From the NCBI RefSeq assembly GCF_004296535.1, contig NZ_AP018159.1:120001-152000 (forward strand): a stretch of 32,000 nt of DNA, written 5' to 3'. How positions within the stretch are numbered: the stretch's first letter is position 1; each line of letters begins with the position of its first letter. The notes under the pieces were generated by a model. That model ran no database searches. It was given only the letters and a program-made list of their open reading frames with translations, and was not told the origin of the DNA. Of this stretch, positions 7,683 through 15,663 are shown piece by piece. The translations under genes were made by a program, and so were the position numbers. The stretch is from Candidatus Saccharimonadota bacterium (GTDB taxonomy: Bacteria > Pseudomonadota > Gammaproteobacteria > Enterobacterales > Enterobacteriaceae).

Positions 7683-8748
7683 AATAAAAAAATATGAAAT
7701 ATTAATAGATTTTGACTTATTAAATAAAATAAATATTTTTTCTAAAATAGAAAATAATCATAAAATAATGTTTATTACAAATGATTTTTTATTTAAAAAA
7801 TATTTTAGATATATAATAAAAAAAAATATAAATAATTTATATTATAAATATTATATAATTCCAGATGGAGAATTTAGTAAATCAATAAATATATTAAATA
7901 ATATAATAACTGCATTATTAAATTTTAATTATAATAAAAAAACATATTTAATAGCAATAGGAGGAGGAGTTATAGGAGATTTAACTGGATTTGTATCTTC
8001 TATATATTTAAGAGGAATAAAATATGTACAAATACCAACTACATTATTATCACAAGTTGATTCTTCAATAGGAGGTAAAACTGCTATAAATCATGCTTTA
8101 GGAAAAAATATGATTGGAACATTTTATAATCCAGAATTTGTATTTACAGATACTAAATTTTTATACAGTTTGCCAAATAAAGAATTATTATCTGGTATAG
8201 CTGAAATTATTAAATATTCTCTAATATTAGATTATAATTTTTTTATTTGGATAGAAAAAAATATATTTAAAATATTAAAATTAGATAAAAAAACAATTTT
8301 ATATTGTATAAAAAAATGCTGCACATTAAAATCTTTATTAATAAATAAAGATGAAAAAGATTTAAATATAAGAAATATATTAAATTTTGGACATACATTT
8401 GGTCATGCTATAGAAGCTTTTATGGGTTATGGAAATTGGACTCACGGAGAGTCTATATCTGCAGGTATGATAATTGCTTCTAAATTATCATTTAAGTTGA
8501 ATAAAATAACATATTTAGAATTAAATAGAATAAAAAATTTAATATTAATGTTTAAATTACCAATTAAGGGACCAAGTAATATGAAGTTTAATGATTATAT
8601 AAATTATATGAACAGAGATAAAAAAAATTCTATAAATTCTAACAATAAAATAAATATAAATTTAATTTTATTAGAAAAAATAGGAAAAGCTAAAATAGTA
8701 AATGATATAAATATAAATGATATTAAATATGCCATAAAAAATCATTAA
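7654..8748 (+). CDS. aroB: 3-dehydroquinate synthase
   Basis: 364 aa; matches PDGExxKS, GGGVIGDLTGF, YxxxxxxxQIPTTLLSQVDSSIGGKTAxNH, GKNMIGxFYxP, AEIIKY, LNFGHTFGHAIE, GxWxHGExxxxGM. The start is uncertain; the called start overlaps aroK by 29 nt. Confidence 0.93.
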   Translation: MKKIKIFSNRIKKYEILIDFDLLNKINIFSKIENNHKIMFITNDFLFKKYFRYIIKKNINNLYYKYYIIPDGEFSKSINILNNIITALLNFNYNKKTYLIAIGGGVIGDLTGFVSSIYLRGIKYVQIPTTLLSQVDSSIGGKTAINHALGKNMIGTFYNPEFVFTDTKFLYSLPNKELLSGIAEIIKYSLILDYNFFIWIEKNIFKILKLDKKTILYCIKKCCTLKSLLINKDEKDLNIRNILNFGHTFGHAIEAFMGYGNWTHGESISAGMIIASKLSFKLNKITYLELNRIKNLILMFKLPIKGPSNMKFNDYINYMNRDKKNSINSNNKININLILLEKIGKAKIVNDININDIKYAIKNH

Positions 8749-9308
8749 ATTCTATTTAAATAATTCATTGCAAAATTAGGATTATTATTTATAAAATAAA
8801 ATATTGAAATAATACATTTATTTATAGAATTATCTATTAATTTTTTTTCTAAATTTGTTGGTTTTAACAATACAAAATTATTTAAAAAATTTTTAAGTTT
8901 AGGTTTTCCTATCCCTATTCTTATTCTATAAAACATTTTAGAATTTAAATTATAAATAATATCTTTTATTCCATTATGGCCTCCATCACTAATATTAAAT
9001 TGCATTTTAGAAATACCTGGTAAAAAATATATATCATCATGTATAACAATTAAATTATTATTTTTTATGTTATATTTTTCTAATAATTTTTTTATATTAT
9101 ACCCGCAATTATTAATATAAGAATTTGGAATATAAATAATATTATCTATATTATTTATATTATATATACAATAAAATCCATTTATATCTTTGTTAAATAT
9201 TAATTTTAAATTTATTTTTTTTAATAATTTATTAATAAAATATATTCCTATACTATGTCTAGTATTTGTATATTTATTTAAATTACCTATCCCTATTATA
9301 GCATTCAT
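8745..9308 (-). CDS. pth: peptidyl-tRNA hydrolase
   Basis: 187 aa; matches xIIGxGN, TRHSxG, NxxGxxxxxL, IHDDxxxxPGxxKxxxxxxxGGHNGxKDI, RIRIGIG. Its stop overlaps the aroB stop in a shared TTAA. Confidence 0.88.
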   Translation of the reverse strand: MNAIIGIGNLNKYTNTRHSIGIYFINKLLKKINLKLIFNKDINGFYCIYNINNIDNIIYIPNSYINNCGYNIKKLLEKYNIKNNNLIVIHDDIYFLPGISKMQFNISDGGHNGIKDIIYNLNSKMFYRIRIGIGKPKLKNFLNNFVLLKPTNLEKKLIDNSINKCIISIFYFINNNPNFAMNYLNRI

Positions 9309-9314
9309 TTTTTT

Positions 9315-9986
9315 TTAATTAATATTCCATTTTTTAATTGTTATATCTAACATAATATCATTTTGTATAATTTTTATTTTTTTAGGCAATACTGGATTAA
9401 AATTATCATTATATTCATAAAAAATTTTATAATTTTTTTTGTTACAATCGTCAATATAATTCATTTCTCTTATATATCCATTTTTATTTAAAAAAAATAA
9501 AGTATATTTTCCAGGAAGCCCTATTATCCAATTTTTTATATTACTTATTGGTATATTAGTTTTAGACATTTGCTCAAATAAACTTTGAGGATTACTATTT
9601 TTTACAGGATCAGAACCTATATTTTTATAATATGAATCACTTGAATTATTTACAAATTCCATTAATTTTAATCCAAAAAATGTAGATAATTCAAATTTGA
9701 AATAATCTTTATCAAAATTATCTAAATAAAAATTTAATAACATTCTTTTTATTCCATTTTTATAAACTAAAGCACCACTAATTTGGAATGTTTTTATATT
9801 TGATATATTTTTTTTATGATTATTCCACTTAATTTTGTTTTTATTTAAATTTAAATTTTCATTATTTATATAACTTATATTTTCTACATAATTTTTATTT
9901 AAAAAATAATTATTTTTAAATGATAATTTATTATGAAAAATATAAATTAATTTTATAAATATTTTTAAAAAAAAATTATTATACAT
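9315..9986 (-). CDS. lolB: outer-membrane lipoprotein receptor LolB homolog (no lipobox Cys)
   Basis: 223 aa; divergent from prfA, as in E. coli. Matches: IPISNIKNWIIGLPGKYT vs E. coli IPLNSLRQWILGLPGDAT; FQISGALVY vs YQTRGAFAY; C-terminal IxLxIxxWNI vs IKLKMDNWIV. Confidence 0.75.
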   Translation of the reverse strand: MYNNFFLKIFIKLIYIFHNKLSFKNNYFLNKNYVENISYINNENLNLNKNKIKWNNHKKNISNIKTFQISGALVYKNGIKRMLLNFYLDNFDKDYFKFELSTFFGLKLMEFVNNSSDSYYKNIGSDPVKNSNPQSLFEQMSKTNIPISNIKNWIIGLPGKYTLFFLNKNGYIREMNYIDDCNKKNYKIFYEYNDNFNPVLPKKIKIIQNDIMLDITIKKWNIN

Positions 9987-10143
9987 AATTATTAAATATT
10001 AATTGATTTTATAAATATAAAAATTTAAAATTATTTATTTTATTAAAATAAATTAAATAAATTTATATTAAAATTATATATATTATATACTAATAATTAT
10101 TAAATTAAAAAAAAATATAAAATTTATTGGATACTTTTAAAAT

Positions 10144-11199
10144 ATGAATAATGATATTATAGAATCAATAAAAAAAATTAATATATTAAAATTAGAAATT
10201 GAAGAAAATATATATATTTTAAAAAAAAACAAAAATAATAAAAATAGATTAGAAATTTTAAAAAATAAATTAAATTGTTATAACAATTTAATAGAAAATA
10301 ATTTAAAATTAATTAAAATTAATAATGAAATATATAAAGTAAGTAATATAAATGACAAAGAAATAGAAATACTTATAAAAGAAGAAATAAATTTATTAAA
10401 TAGTGAAAAAAATAATATATTATTTAATATTGAATCTATAAAAAAAAGTTTAAAAAAAATAAATTATAATAATAAAGGTTGTTTAATAGAAATAAAATTA
10501 GGAACTGGAGGAAATGAATCTTCATTATTTATAGAAAATTTATATAAAATGTATATTAAATATTTTTATAAAAAAAATTGGAATTTTTTTTTAATAAATA
10601 AAATTTTAAATAACAAAGGAGGATATAAAGAAATAGTAATTAAAGTATTAAATGAAATATCTTATGAAAAATTAAAATTTGAATCTGGAGGACACAGAGT
10701 TCAAAGAATTCCTGAAACAGAATCTAAAAATAGAATACATACATCAACATGTATAGTTGCTGTTACACCTATAATAGAAGAAAATTATCTTAAAAAAGAT
10801 ATTAATTTATCAGATTTAAAAATAGATACATTTAAATCTTCAGGTTCTGGTGGTCAACATGTGAATACTACTGATTCTGCAATAAGAGTTACTCATATTC
10901 CAACAGGAATAGTTGTAGAATGTCAAGATGAAAGATCACAACATAGAAATAAATCAAAAGCTATATCAATTTTAAAATCTAAAATAAATTTTATAGAAGA
11001 AAAAAAAATAAAGGAAAAAAATAATATAATAAAAAAAAAATTATTAGGAACAGGGCATAGAATAGATAGAATAAGAACTTATAATTTTGTAAAAAATAGA
11101 ATTACAGATCATAGATTTAATATAACTATATATAATAAATTATTTTATATTTTAAATGGAGAATTAGATATATTATTAAATATATTAGAAAAAAAATAA
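10144..11199 (+). CDS. prfA: peptide chain release factor 1
   Basis: 351 aa; [13 protein letters not shown] (PxT tripeptide typical of RF1), [39 protein letters not shown] (GGQ motif), RIRTYNFxxxRxTDHR. Confidence 0.95.
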   Translation: MNNDIIESIKKINILKLEIEENIYILKKNKNNKNRLEILKNKLNCYNNLIENNLKLIKINNEIYKVSNINDKEIEILIKEEINLLNSEKNNILFNIESIKKSLKKINYNNKGCLIEIKLGTGGNESSLFIENLYKMYIKYFYKKNWNFFLINKILNNKGGYKEIVIKVLNEISYEKLKFESGGHRVQRIPETESKNRIHTSTCIVAVTPIIEENYLKKDINLSDLKIDTFKSSGSGGQHVNTTDSAIRVTHIPTGIVVECQDERSQHRNKSKAISILKSKINFIEEKKIKEKNNIIKKKLLGTGHRIDRIRTYNFVKNRITDHRFNITIYNKLFYILNGELDILLNILEKK

Positions 11200-11274
11200 T
11201 TAATTTACTATCTATATTATTTTAAATAATATATTATTATATTATACATATAATAATACTATAATTTATTTACA

Positions 11275-11751
11275 TTATTGATGTAAATTATAAGTATATA
11301 ATAAGAATATTAATATTATAATTATAAATAAAAAAAATTTATTAAATTTAAATTTAAATTTTATTGGCCATAATAAACATATTCCATGTTTAGTTAACAT
11401 ATCTGCTAACATATGATTTATACAGCCTAAAATTATTCCATAATGTATTGATTTATTTAAATAAAAATTATTTTTATATAAAATATATTTAGATAAAAAA
11501 TATATTATAATTAAAAATAATATACTATGAGTAATTTTTCTATGTCCAAAAAATTTATTTATAAATGTTGAAATAAATTTTAATTTGTTTCCTATTGAAG
11601 AAATTGGATGATCTATATCTGGAAAAAAAGAAAATATTATCGAAGTTATTAATAATATATTCCATTCTATTATAGAAAATTTTAATATTTTAAAATTTTT
11701 TAATACAAAAATAGAAATTGTATTAAATATTATATGATCTTTGATATTCAT
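11275..11751 (-). CDS. ydjM: YdjM-family (DUF457) membrane-bound metal-dependent hydrolase homolog
   Basis: 158 aa, hydrophobic. Matches E. coli YdjM: PDIDHPxSxxGxxLKxIS, FGHRxxTHS, GxxxHxLADMLTxxGxxLLWP. E. coli ydjM lies near thrS, so it is syntenic here. Confidence 0.8.
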   Translation of the reverse strand: MNIKDHIIFNTISIFVLKNFKILKFSIIEWNILLITSIIFSFFPDIDHPISSIGNKLKFISTFINKFFGHRKITHSILFLIIIYFLSKYILYKNNFYLNKSIHYGIILGCINHMLADMLTKHGICLLWPIKFKFKFNKFFLFIIIILIFLLYTYNLHQ

Positions 11752-11836
11752 AATATTTACTTTTTATTTTTTTTTTAAATTTAAAATTTAATTTAAATAT
11801 TTATATAATAAAATTTATATTTTATAATAAAAAATT

Positions 11837-13534
11837 ATGAACATAAATAATTCTTGCTCAATATATTTATATTTATTAAAATATTCTATTAATAAAATGC
11901 TAGTTCATTCATATATAGTTAATTTTGGGATAATAAAAAATTATTTTTTTTGTGATTTTATATATAAAAAAAATATAAAAACAAAAAATATATATGATAT
12001 AGAAAAAAATATATTAAATTTAAATACGCTAAATAAAAAAATATTAAAATTTAATATTGATAATATAAATTTATTAAAATATTTTAAAAATAATAAAAAT
12101 ATATATAGTTATAATAATCTTAAAAAATATACAAAATCAAATATTATATATTTTATATACAAAATAGATAATTTTATAGATATATCTTTAAGAGAGTTTA
12201 ATTTTAATATAAATATTAATAATTTAAATATAGAAAAAAAAATATATCAAACATGGTATAAAAATAAAATAATATATAGAATATGCGGTAATGAAAAAAA
12301 TACTTTAGATATAATAAAAAATAATAATAATATAAAAAAAAATAAATTTAATAAATTGTACTATATATTTAAAGAATCTCCTGGTATGATATTTTGGAAT
12401 AATAATGGTGTAATAATATTTAATGAATTAGAAAAATATATAACAGAAAAATTATTTTTATATGATAATTATTTTAAAGTAAAAACTCCTATAATATTAA
12501 ATAGCTCTTTATGGAACAAAACAAAACATTCTATTTTTTATTCAAAAAATATATATAATTTAGTTATAAATAATATTAATTATTATATAAAACCGATGAA
12601 TTGTCCTTGTCATATAAAATTTTTTTTAAAAGAAGTAAAATCATATAAAGATTTACCTTATAGAATATTAGAGTTTGGAAATTGTCATAGAAATGAATCT
12701 TCAGGATCATTACATAATTTAATGAGAACTAGAAGTTTTTTTCAAGATGATACTCATATATTTTGTTCAGAAAAAGATTTAGAAAATGAGATAATTAAAT
12801 CTATAAATATAATATTTGAAGTGTATAATATATTTAATTTTAAAAATATTGATATATTTTTATCAACAAGACCTAATATTAAGATAGGAAATGAAGATAT
12901 ATGGAATAATTCTGAAAATATTATTAAAAATATCTTAAATAAAAAAAAAATTATTTTTAATATAAATTGTGGCAATGGAGCATTTTATGGTCCTAAAATA
13001 GAGTTTGTATTAAAAGATTTATATAATAGATCGTGGCAATGTGGAACTATACAATTAGATTTTTTTACTTCAAAAAATTTAGATGCTTCTTATATAGATA
13101 ATAATAATAATAAAAAGTTTCCTATTATTATACATAGAGCTATATTAGGTTCCATAGAAAGATTTATAGGAATAATATCTAATCATTATTTAAATAAATA
13201 TCCATTATGGTTATCTCCTATTCAAATTATAATTTTATCTATTACAGAAAAACAAATAGATTATGTTAAAAAAATTTTTAAAAAAATATTATTTTTAAAA
13301 ATTAGAGTAAAAATAGATATTAGAAACAAAACTTTAAATTATAAAATAAGAGAACATAAATTAAATAATATTCCATATATTATAATTTGTGGAGAAAAAG
13401 AAAAAAAAAATAAAAAAATTACTATTAAAAGTATAAATAATATAAATTATTATTTAATATCTTTAAATAAATTTTTAAAAAAAATAATAAAAGAAATTAA
13501 TTTAAAAAAACATAACGAAATTTTTAATGGTTAA
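11837..13534 (+). CDS. thrS: threonine--tRNA ligase (N-terminally reduced)
   Basis: 565 aa. The catalytic and anticodon-binding domains are collinear with E. coli ThrRS (ESPGMxFW, IKPMNCPCH, GNCHRNExSGSLHxLMRxRxFxQDDxHIF, GAFYGPKIEF, WQCGTxQLDF, IHRAILGSxERFIG). The N-terminal ~180 aa is low-complexity and ~77 aa shorter than in E. coli. Confidence 0.92.
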   Translation: MNINNSCSIYLYLLKYSINKMLVHSYIVNFGIIKNYFFCDFIYKKNIKTKNIYDIEKNILNLNTLNKKILKFNIDNINLLKYFKNNKNIYSYNNLKKYTKSNIIYFIYKIDNFIDISLREFNFNININNLNIEKKIYQTWYKNKIIYRICGNEKNTLDIIKNNNNIKKNKFNKLYYIFKESPGMIFWNNNGVIIFNELEKYITEKLFLYDNYFKVKTPIILNSSLWNKTKHSIFYSKNIYNLVINNINYYIKPMNCPCHIKFFLKEVKSYKDLPYRILEFGNCHRNESSGSLHNLMRTRSFFQDDTHIFCSEKDLENEIIKSINIIFEVYNIFNFKNIDIFLSTRPNIKIGNEDIWNNSENIIKNILNKKKIIFNINCGNGAFYGPKIEFVLKDLYNRSWQCGTIQLDFFTSKNLDASYIDNNNNKKFPIIIHRAILGSIERFIGIISNHYLNKYPLWLSPIQIIILSITEKQIDYVKKIFKKILFLKIRVKIDIRNKTLNYKIREHKLNNIPYIIICGEKEKKNKKITIKSINNINYYLISLNKFLKKIIKEINLKKHNEIFNG

Positions 13535-14063
13535 TAATAAAGATAAAATAATAGATAATAGATATCTTATAAATTATGATATTAATTTTGAAAAGATAAG
13601 ATTAATAGATATAAATGGAAAACAATTGGGTATCTTTTATACAAAAGATGCTATAAAAAAGTATAAAAAAGAAGATCTTGATTTAGTTTTAATAAATAAA
13701 AACATAAATCCTCCTATATGTAAAATAATAAATTATAATAAATATATATATAATAAAAATAAATTTTTAAAAAATTTAAAAAAAAAACAAAGTTTTATTC
13801 AAATTAAAGAAATACAAATGAAACTTAATATAGATAATAATGATTATCTAATTAAATTAAAAAAAATTAGAAATTTTTTAAATAAAAAAAATAGAGTTAA
13901 AATAATTATAAAATTTAGTGGTAGAGAGATAGTACATAACAGTATAGGTTTTTCATTATTTAAAAAAATTTATGAAGAATTAGATGATATTTGCAAAATA
14001 CATTTTATTTCTAATAAAATAGAAGATAAACAAATAATTATGATTTTATCTAGCAAAAATTAA
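13527..14063 (+). CDS. infC: translation initiation factor IF-3
   Basis: 178 aa; matches IRLIDxxGxQLGI, DLDLVxI, PPICKIxxYxKYxY, IKEIxxxxxIDxxDY, RFRGRE-like FSGRE, QIIMILS. The called start is ATG at 13527, inside the last codons of thrS, whereas E. coli uses AUU. Confidence 0.9.
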   Translation: MVNNKDKIIDNRYLINYDINFEKIRLIDINGKQLGIFYTKDAIKKYKKEDLDLVLINKNINPPICKIINYNKYIYNKNKFLKNLKKKQSFIQIKEIQMKLNIDNNDYLIKLKKIRNFLNKKNRVKIIIKFSGREIVHNSIGFSLFKKIYEELDDICKIHFISNKIEDKQIIMILSSKN

Positions 14064-14075
14064 AATAAATATTTT

Positions 14076-14279
14076 ATGAATAAAAATAATAAAATAAAAA
14101 CTTTAAAAAGTATTAAAAAAAGATTTATTATAAATAATAATAATAAACAAATAAAATATAAACATTCTAATACAAAACATCTTTTAAGAAAAAAAAATTC
14201 TAAAAAAAAAAGAAACTTAAGAAAGTTGTTTTATTTATTGAATAAAAAAAATAAAAAAAGAATATTAAAATCAATATAA
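14076..14279 (+). CDS. rpmI: 50S ribosomal protein L35
   Basis: 67 aa, very basic; KxKTxKSxxKRF...KHxxxxxxHLLxKK. Sits between infC and rplT. Confidence 0.85.
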   Translation: MNKNNKIKTLKSIKKRFIINNNNKQIKYKHSNTKHLLRKKNSKKKRNLRKLFYLLNKKNKKRILKSI

Positions 14280-14307
14280 TTTAAAAAATTAATAATTTTA
14301 AAAAAAA

Positions 14308-14655
14308 ATGACTAGAGTTAACCATAGTGTTCAATCAAGAAATAAACATAAAAAAATATTAAAACAAGCAAAAGGATATTATAGTGCAAGATCTAAAAAT
14401 TTTAAATCTGCAAAACAGTCTGTTATAAAATCTTGTCAATATTCATATATACATAGAAAAGTTAAAAAAAGAGATTTTAGAAAAACATGGATTATAAAAA
14501 TAAATGCTGAATTAAAAAAAAATAATTTATCATATAATAATTTTATTTTTTTATTAAAAAATAAAAAAATAAATATTAATAAAAAAATATTATCTTATAT
14601 TGCAGAATTTAAACAAAATGATTTTAAAAAAATTATAAATTATATAATAAAATAA
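14308..14655 (+). CDS. rplT: 50S ribosomal protein L20
   Basis: 115 aa; MxRVxxxVxxRxxHKKILKQAKGYYxARS, QYxYxxRxxxKRxFRxxWIxxINA. Confidence 0.95.
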   Translation: MTRVNHSVQSRNKHKKILKQAKGYYSARSKNFKSAKQSVIKSCQYSYIHRKVKKRDFRKTWIIKINAELKKNNLSYNNFIFLLKNKKININKKILSYIAEFKQNDFKKIINYIIK

Positions 14656-14656
14656 A

Positions 14657-15658
14657 ATGTATAAAGAAATAAAAATAAAATTAAATGATATACTAAATGA
14701 TATTAAAAAGTATAATATTAAAAATTTTTATAATATAAATGATTTAAATATATTTAAATCTAAATTAATTGGTAAAAAAAGTTATATATATAATATAATA
14801 AAAAATTTTTCAAATATAAATGAAATAAATAAAAAAGATATAGGAAAACTAATTAATATAATAAAAAATAAAGTAAACATTATTTATAAAAATAATATAA
14901 AAAATATTTACTTATTAAAAAAAAAAAATAATAAAAAATTTTTAGATATTACAATTCCTACGTATTTAAATAATGTTGGTAGTTTAAATTTAATATCTAT
15001 AATAATAAACAAACTTAAGAATAAATTTTTAAATTTAGGTTTTAATATAATTAATGGGAAAGAAATTGAAGATTCAAAACATAATTTTGATTTATTAAAT
15101 ATACATTTAGAACATCCATCTAGAAATTATAATGATACTTTTTGGATAAACGATAATTATTTATTAAGAACACAAATTTCTAGTATACAAACTAGAATTA
15201 ATAATAGAAATATTCCAATAAAAATAATATCGTATGGAAAAGTTTATAGAAAAGACAAAGGGAAAAAACATTCTTTTATGTTTCATCAAATGGATGGTAT
15301 ATATATTGATAAAAATATAAGTATATCTAATTTAAAATTTATACTAGTAAATATAGTAAAATTTATATTAAATGATAATGATATAAAAATAAAATTTAGA
15401 ATTTCTTATTTTCCATTTACAGAACCTTCAATAGAAATGGATATATTTTTTAATGATAGATGGATAGAGATATTAGGAGCTGGAATGATACATAACAAAA
15501 TATTAAAATATTTAAATTTAAATAATAATTTATATTCTGGTTTTGCTTTTGGAATTGGTATAGAAAGATTAATCATGATAAAATATAGGATTAAAAATAT
15601 TAAATTACTTTATGAAAATAATATAAATGTATTAAACAATTTTAAACATAAAATATAA
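14657..15658 (+). CDS. pheS: phenylalanine--tRNA ligase alpha subunit
   Basis: 333 aa; matches HPxR, LLRTQxSxxQ, GKVYRxD, HxxxFHQxDG, FPFTEPSxExD, ILGxGMxHxxxL, GFAFGxGxERLxM. Confidence 0.92.
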   Translation: MYKEIKIKLNDILNDIKKYNIKNFYNINDLNIFKSKLIGKKSYIYNIIKNFSNINEINKKDIGKLINIIKNKVNIIYKNNIKNIYLLKKKNNKKFLDITIPTYLNNVGSLNLISIIINKLKNKFLNLGFNIINGKEIEDSKHNFDLLNIHLEHPSRNYNDTFWINDNYLLRTQISSIQTRINNRNIPIKIISYGKVYRKDKGKKHSFMFHQMDGIYIDKNISISNLKFILVNIVKFILNDNDIKIKFRISYFPFTEPSIEMDIFFNDRWIEILGAGMIHNKILKYLNLNNNLYSGFAFGIGIERLIMIKYRIKNIKLLYENNINVLNNFKHKI

Positions 15659-15663
15659 TAATA

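Noticed and set aside
10144-11199. Absence of hemA upstream and prmC downstream of prfA.
   Set aside because: This is typical reductive gene loss at a conserved locus, with nothing sequence-specific to follow up within this window.
12754-12975. Six antisense or overlapping ORFs in the supplied track (12754-12975 -, 16632-16883 -, 18614-18799 -, 25507-25800 +, 27293-27487 +, 31061-31252 +).
   Set aside because: Each lies entirely inside a well-supported conserved gene on the opposite strand. Each is F/I/L-rich, as expected from the reverse complement of K/N/I-rich codons, and has no recognisable homology. These are spurious shadow ORFs.
13527-13529. Canonical ATG start of infC in place of the autoregulatory AUU used in E. 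coli, considered as loss of IF3 autoregulation.
   Set aside because: The start cannot be fixed from sequence alone, because nearby ATA/ATT codons are also possible. ATG-initiated infC is not unusual outside enteric bacteria. This is too weak for a finding.
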